The translations under genes were made by a program, and so were the position numbers. Positions 58,837 to 64,000 of a stretch of DNA of 64,000 nucleotides are shown one piece after another. The stretch covers positions 62,001-126,000 of the forward strand of contig JALAGF010003286.1 in NCBI GenBank assembly GCA_030167865.1, read 5' to 3'. Numbering within the stretch: position 1 is the stretch's first letter; every line of letters starts with the position of its first letter. The notes beneath the pieces were generated by a model. It was given only the letters and a program-made list of their open reading frames with translations. It ran no database searches and was not told where the DNA came from. The DNA comes from Craspedostauros australis (Eukaryota).

Positions 58837-61800
58837 CAAGCACTGCAAGCCGCGCGCAGTCCGGCCGGCAGAGCAACAGGCAAGACAACACCGATCGATC
58901 AGGCACGGAAGAGGTGATCGATCAATTCGCCTCCATAGGTGGGGACACCCAAAACATCGTCCCAGGTCACATTCGGGTCGCAGCGCTCAACCTCGGCGGC
59001 CTACCCATGGACGAGACCGACCCCAAGTATCAGGACCTCTGGGAGACAATCCGCAAGTACAACGTCGACGTCATGCTCCTAACCGAGGTTGGTATCAACT
59101 GGAGCAAGGTGCCGCGGCACAAACGGCTCCACGAAATCGTCCAGCAGAACGTACCCCAGTCACGCACCGTCACGTCGCACAATCAGTCCAACCCGATGCG
59201 GGTGAGGCAGTGGGGTGGGACAGCAATCCTTATCAAAGGCAGCACCCGAGGCCGCATATTGACAAGCGAGAAAGACACCCACCAATGGGGCAGATGGGTC
59301 AGCGTGCTTCTACAGGGCAAAGGCCACATCAAGGTGCGGCTGGTGGCTACCTACGTAGCAAACCGGTCAACCAAAACCCCAGGAACGGTGTACAACCAAC
59401 AGGCGTCCAATGCGGCTGCAGTGGGCATCGACGCGGATCCCATCGACCTCCACCTGAGTGAGTTGCAAAGCCAGCTTCATCAATGGCGTCAAGCGGGTGA
59501 GACGATCATCCTGGGTGGCGATGTCAATATGGACGTGAGGAAGTCCCGAGTGAGTGCGATGTTGGCTGACGAAGGAATGACAGAGGCACTTTCCACGCAG
59601 CACCCACAGTCAGCAGCCACCCACATTCGGAACCGCAGCAACGTACAGATCGATGGCATCTGGTCCACTCCGGAGGCGATGGCTACTCAATCAGGGGCCA
59701 CACCATTCGGTCCGTGGGACCATCGCATGGTATGGGTGGACTACGCAACCCAACAGCTCATGGGCAGAGGCCGCAGTCCAACACAACCATTCCGCGGTCG
59801 CAGGCTTCAGCTGCAAAGGCCGGCCACGGTCAGCCGGTATCTCGACTCGTACGCCGAAGCGGCTCGACAGAGCAGGTTGCTGGAGCGCGCCAACGCGCTG
59901 GAGCGGGAGGTGACAGGGGCGCCCCTCACCCAGGAGCAAGCGAGAGCAATCGAGGACATTGATGCGGATCGCACGAAGGCTATGCTCAAAGCAGAGCGAT
60001 CGTGCCGCAAAATCCGAGTGGGAAACGTCCCGTACTCGCCACTGGTGAACCGCATTCAGAAAGCCCATCAGTTCTGGACCGAGTCCCTGCGGCGAAGGTC
60101 GGGCCACCAGGTCAAAGGATCCACCATCGACAGGCTGAAGAAGAAGGCGCACCTGGAGCACGTCCGCACCCGTGACATGAGCACGGCAGACATGACAGTC
60201 GAGCGAAACAAGACGTGGCGTCAGCTCAAGAAGGAGAAACGGCTGGCGGCGCAACACCGAGTCGATTTCCTCCGAGCGAATGAGGGATTCATCCAAGAAG
60301 GTGGCGGGGATCCCCTAAAATACAGGAAGCAGATGGCCGAACGGGAGGAGACCCGTGCGACGTTCAGACGCATCAAGCAAGCTCTGGCAGGCACGGCCAG
60401 CGACTCACAGGTCAGCATGGTCGTCCACGACGGGCCAGGCGGCAGCGGGGAGATTCTCACAGACTCCGAAGAGGTAGCAGGAGCATGCTGTGCGACGAAC
60501 ATCGCCAAATACCAACAAGCGTGGTCCTCCGAACTGTGCCAGCCAGGCCTGAGCCAACTCGTGGGCAAGTACGGCACGACCGCGGGCGCCGACGCCATCA
60601 TCATGGGGCTGGTGCCGACACAAGTCCAGCACGGCACGTCAGAGCTTCTCATAGCTCTCCAGCAGTCGCCTCGAGTCACTCCGTGGCGCCCGTCCGACAC
60701 CGTCATCTCCACGGAGTGCCACACAGACGGGTGGCGGAAGATCAAGGAGCGCACGTCTTCCGGTCCGTCCGGCATTCATTTTGGTTGTTGGAAGGCGAAC
60801 ACAAGGCGCCCAGAGCTGGCGGCCATCGACGCGATCATGCGGTCGATTCCGTACTGCACAGGCTACAGTCTGCGGAGGTGGCAACAGTGCACCGACATTC
60901 AGTTGCGCAAGCAGCCAGGAAATCTGTCTGTCACCAAGACCCGCACGATAGGGCTAATGGAAGGGGACTTCAATATGAACACCAGGCAGCTTGGCCGGGC
61001 TGCCAGGGGCCACGCTGAGCTCACTGGGACCATTGCCGAGGACCAATACGGCAGCCGCCAGAACCATACCGCTCAGGAGGTGCTCGCCAACGTCTGCATG
61101 GCGGACGACATTATGAGGATCTCTGGGAGAGCGACGGCGGTATGCTCCAACGATGCCAAAGGGTGTTACGACCGCATCTCACACCCCGCGTTCGGCATGG
61201 CCATGCGCCGCCAAGGCGTCCCCAAAGCTCCCATTGAAAGCGTGCTGCGCACACTGCAGCGCATGGAGCATCGCATCAGCATGGGGTCAGGTGTATCCAA
61301 TACCAGCTATTCGGGTGCAGGTCTCTCCAACCCGATCCAAGGCCTCGTCCAAGGCCTGGGAGCTGCCCCCACGGGATGGCTCATGATCAGCTCGGCGCTG
61401 ATCGAGCGAATGCAGAACAAAGGCTATGGGTTCCAGTACGGCGAGACGGGCCAAAGGGAGCACCGGGTGGTCTGCTTCGCATATGTGGACGACACCAATC
61501 TCGTTCACTCGCTCGAGAGTTCCGACGCAGCATCGCAGTCACGCGAGTTCCAACACATGGTTTCCTTGTGGGAGAACATGCTCTCCGCTTCAGGAGGCTG
61601 CCTGGCACCTGAGAAAAGCTTCTGGCAGCTTGTCCGCTTCCGGTGGGGCAACTACAGATGGCAATACGACAGGCGAACCCAGCCCCAAGACATAACAATG
61701 CGGGGCGACGGCGAGCAAGGGCAGGTTCTCCAACACAAGCCAGTGGACGAGGCCAGCAAATACCTTGGAATGATGTCGCGCCGTGACGGCAACCAGAGGG

Positions 61801-64000
61801 AGCACGCCGAATATCTTCGGGCGAAGGCTGCCGAGTGGGCTGCCCACATCCAGACGGCCCGGATTTCGAAGCAGGACACCGAGATTGCGCTCAAGGCGGT
61901 CCTGTGGCCGGCCCTCACATACTCGCTAGCTGCCACCACGCTCACCCGCGGCCAGTGCGAGACCATAATGAGGCCCGCGCTCAGTGTGGCGCTTCCACAC
62001 ATGGGGATCGTGAGGTCCATTGCAAGGCCGTATGTGCACGGGCCCCGGCGGCTGAATGGCCTTGGCATACCTCACCTGTTCACAGTGCAATGCAAAGCGC
62101 ACTTGGAGCTGGTTTGGCGACACTTTGAGGCTGACACCACCACAGGACGGCTCCTACGGTCATCTCTATTGCAGCTTCAACTGTGGTCTGGAGTCGTCGA
62201 TCGGATCCAGCAGCTCCATCGCCGTTGGCGGAAGTGGACCCACGACACGTGGTGGTCACATACCTTTGACATGATGAGCCAGTCCGAGCTTCACATGCGA
62301 CAGGTGTCACCAGCCTTACAGCCCCCTCGCGTGGGCGATGTCACTATCATGAGCCGGTTCCTCGACTGCACGAGCGACGAAGTGGAGCTCCGCAAGGCCA
62401 ACGCAGTCCGGGTGCATCTGCAAGCACTGTGGCTGTCGGACATCTGCGATGCCGAAGGGGGCAAGATACACCCCATGGTGCTGCGCCATCTACCCGCTAC
62501 ACGTGCGGACAGTGACCTCCCATGGCCGAAGACGGTGCCCCCGTCACAAGCTGCGTGGCACGCGTGGGATGCCTTGGTGTTGCACTTGCTGGCCAGGGAC
62601 CGGCCGGGCGCCGCACTGCGCAAGCCTCTGGGGCCGTGGCACAGCGCGGACAGATTCCGCGTGCGGCAGAGCCAGTCCGGCCTGCTCGAGAGCCATCGGC
62701 CAAGGCAATCGCCGCAGCAAATTCTCCACACGGAGTACAGATGTCGTCGAGTCCGCGGGGAGGCCGTCGCAGACGCCCATGCACACCGAGGCACCACGGT
62801 GGTGCTCTCGCTGGGACAAGTCCTGCGCCCTGCGCTGGCGACCACGCTCCGAGAGCACATCGTCGGCATGGGAGGCCTCGCAGACCAAATGCTCCGCCAC
62901 GTGCGCATCCACGGGTCGACAGCATCCATCTCGACTGCCATCGCAAGCGGGCAGTGCGTGGCATGCTGCGATGCGTCGGCCAAAGACAACAGAGGCGCCG
63001 CTGCGGTGGTGATTCAGGACAGCCTCGTCCAACCCACTTCAGGTATCTTGCTCTGCTCTGAGGTCCCGGAAGGTTCCCAGCCAATGACGTCGAACAGAGC
63101 CGAGACAGCGGGAGTGCTACTGGCCATGCAGTTCCTGCGGGCCTTCGCAGCGTGGGCGGACGTGAAGGGGTCTGCCACCATTGCGTGTGACAACATGCAA
63201 GCAATACGGTCCAGCGCGAGGGCACGGCTCATCCCATCCGACGAAGCCGACTTCGATCTGCGGCAGGAGATCCAGCGTCAGCTGCAGTCGACAGCAGTGC
63301 GGTTCAAGGTCCAGCACGTCAAGGGGCATGCGGACGCACGGGCGAACCACCAGTTGTCGGACTGGGAGGTTCTCAATGTCGTGGCGGATCACGAGGCCGG
63401 CAGACATTGGCGGGCCATCGACCAAGCCCAATCGTGGGGCTCGGTCTCCGGGGCGCCACAGTCAGCGGGCTGGGTAGTTGCAGACCTCAGCGGGCCAGTT
63501 TCAGAGGCCAGCTACGAGGCCGTCTCCCAAGCGGCGGCAACTCAGGGCCTGCGCAACAAGTGGCGCCAGCGCTGGGGGTCCGCCGCAAGCCACGCAGTCG
63601 ATTGGAGGCCCATGATGAGGGCGTCGTCCCGATGGAGAGGCGGCCAGCAACGGGCCATCCTCAAGTTGGCGTCCGGGAACGCGGCGTCCGGCAGGAACAT
63701 GTGCCGGCGTGGGCAGTCTGCCTCCGGGGCCTGCCCCAGGTGCGGGGCCGTCGAAGACAATTGGCATGTGGTGCGCTGCCCAAGCGATGACAGCAAGGCC
63801 ATATGGGAAGACGCAGTTCAACGAATTCGGAAAGTGATCCAGCCTCCTCGGGTCCGACGAGAGGCGGCCCAACTGCTGGTCAAAGCCCTCCGCATCCTCC
63901 AGCAAGGCGGCAACCCGCCGCAAGGCATTCGGCGCACGGCGACGCATGGCATTGAGGTGGCGCAGCATGGTGTCGGTTGGGACGGACTTCTTTGGGGAGG
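58830..64000 (+). CDS. Retrotransposon ORF2 (APE endonuclease - reverse transcriptase - RNase H - CCHC), 3' partial, more than 1720 aa; absent from the supplied ORF track
   Basis: One frame from ATG 58830 contains ALNLGG, LTEVGINW, GGDVN, IDGIW, DHR (APE); QYGSR, SNDAKGCYDRI, QGL.QG, AYVDD at 61479-61493, KYLG (RT); CDAS, SNRAE, CDN, HVKGH, NVVAD (RNase H); CPRCG..EDNWHVVRC. Confidence 0.92.
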   Translation, partial: MLASTASRAQSGRQSNRQDNTDRSGTEEVIDQFASIGGDTQNIVPGHIRVAALNLGGLPMDETDPKYQDLWETIRKYNVDVMLLTEVGINWSKVPRHKRLHEIVQQNVPQSRTVTSHNQSNPMRVRQWGGTAILIKGSTRGRILTSEKDTHQWGRWVSVLLQGKGHIKVRLVATYVANRSTKTPGTVYNQQASNAAAVGIDADPIDLHLSELQSQLHQWRQAGETIILGGDVNMDVRKSRVSAMLADEGMTEALSTQHPQSAATHIRNRSNVQIDGIWSTPEAMATQSGATPFGPWDHRMVWVDYATQQLMGRGRSPTQPFRGRRLQLQRPATVSRYLDSYAEAARQSRLLERANALEREVTGAPLTQEQARAIEDIDADRTKAMLKAERSCRKIRVGNVPYSPLVNRIQKAHQFWTESLRRRSGHQVKGSTIDRLKKKAHLEHVRTRDMSTADMTVERNKTWRQLKKEKRLAAQHRVDFLRANEGFIQEGGGDPLKYRKQMAEREETRATFRRIKQALAGTASDSQVSMVVHDGPGGSGEILTDSEEVAGACCATNIAKYQQAWSSELCQPGLSQLVGKYGTTAGADAIIMGLVPTQVQHGTSELLIALQQSPRVTPWRPSDTVISTECHTDGWRKIKERTSSGPSGIHFGCWKANTRRPELAAIDAIMRSIPYCTGYSLRRWQQCTDIQLRKQPGNLSVTKTRTIGLMEGDFNMNTRQLGRAARGHAELTGTIAEDQYGSRQNHTAQEVLANVCMADDIMRISGRATAVCSNDAKGCYDRISHPAFGMAMRRQGVPKAPIESVLRTLQRMEHRISMGSGVSNTSYSGAGLSNPIQGLVQGLGAAPTGWLMISSALIERMQNKGYGFQYGETGQREHRVVCFAYVDDTNLVHSLESSDAASQSREFQHMVSLWENMLSASGGCLAPEKSFWQLVRFRWGNYRWQYDRRTQPQDITMRGDGEQGQVLQHKPVDEASKYLGMMSRRDGNQREHAEYLRAKAAEWAAHIQTARISKQDTEIALKAVLWPALTYSLAATTLTRGQCETIMRPALSVALPHMGIVRSIARPYVHGPRRLNGLGIPHLFTVQCKAHLELVWRHFEADTTTGRLLRSSLLQLQLWSGVVDRIQQLHRRWRKWTHDTWWSHTFDMMSQSELHMRQVSPALQPPRVGDVTIMSRFLDCTSDEVELRKANAVRVHLQALWLSDICDAEGGKIHPMVLRHLPATRADSDLPWPKTVPPSQAAWHAWDALVLHLLARDRPGAALRKPLGPWHSADRFRVRQSQSGLLESHRPRQSPQQILHTEYRCRRVRGEAVADAHAHRGTTVVLSLGQVLRPALATTLREHIVGMGGLADQMLRHVRIHGSTASISTAIASGQCVACCDASAKDNRGAAAVVIQDSLVQPTSGILLCSEVPEGSQPMTSNRAETAGVLLAMQFLRAFAAWADVKGSATIACDNMQAIRSSARARLIPSDEADFDLRQEIQRQLQSTAVRFKVQHVKGHADARANHQLSDWEVLNVVADHEAGRHWRAIDQAQSWGSVSGAPQSAGWVVADLSGPVSEASYEAVSQAAATQGLRNKWRQRWGSAASHAVDWRPMMRASSRWRGGQQRAILKLASGNAASGRNMCRRGQSASGACPRCGAVEDNWHVVRCPSDDSKAIWEDAVQRIRKVIQPPRVRREAAQLLVKALRILQQGGNPPQGIRRTATHGIEVAQHGVGWDGLLWG

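Larger units (their letters stand above)
56160..64000 (+). mobile_element. Non-LTR retrotransposon (LINE) with two ORFs, resembling diatom Ambal-type elements; 5' boundary approximate, 3' end beyond window
   Basis: Intronless ORF1 directly followed by ORF2 encoding APE endonuclease, RT, RNase H and a CCHC motif; no microsatellites, unlike host DNA. Confidence 0.9.

Noticed and set aside
59200-63968. Many short ORFs listed on both strands in the last 5 kb
   Set aside because: Shadows of the single long retrotransposon ORF2.
1-64000. rRNA, tRNA and other structured RNA genes
   Set aside because: None recognised by eye; a covariance-model search would be needed to exclude them.

Overview
Eukaryotic nuclear DNA, very probably a diatom (signal peptide + ASAF-type plastid-targeting motifs, diatom-type single-TM LRR proteins, short GT-AG introns, microsatellite-rich intergenic DNA). 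About 19 host genes can be assembled by hand-splicing: a secreted M6 metalloprotease, two membrane-anchored LRR proteins, an AIFM2/FSP1-like oxidoreductase, a long basic low-complexity protein, an alpha/beta hydrolase, a cathepsin H-like protease, a 125-aa protein with a HEPN-type RxxxxH motif, an RVxF-motif protein, two methyltransferases, a Nudix CoA pyrophosphatase, CLN3/battenin, an RGG-repeat protein, an 1800-aa ankyrin-kinase-CHAT-P-loop fusion, an LRAT-domain protein and several small organelle-targeted proteins. The last ~7.8 kb is an apparently intact two-ORF non-LTR retrotransposon (APE endonuclease, RT, RNase H, CCHC) running off the window end. The most notable observations are the ankyrin-kinase-caspase-like protease-STAND-like NTPase fusion, the HEPN-like protein with predicted lipid anchors at both ends, and an LRR gene in which each repeat is its own symmetric 72-78 nt exon. 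All family calls come from motif recognition by eye; no database search was run.
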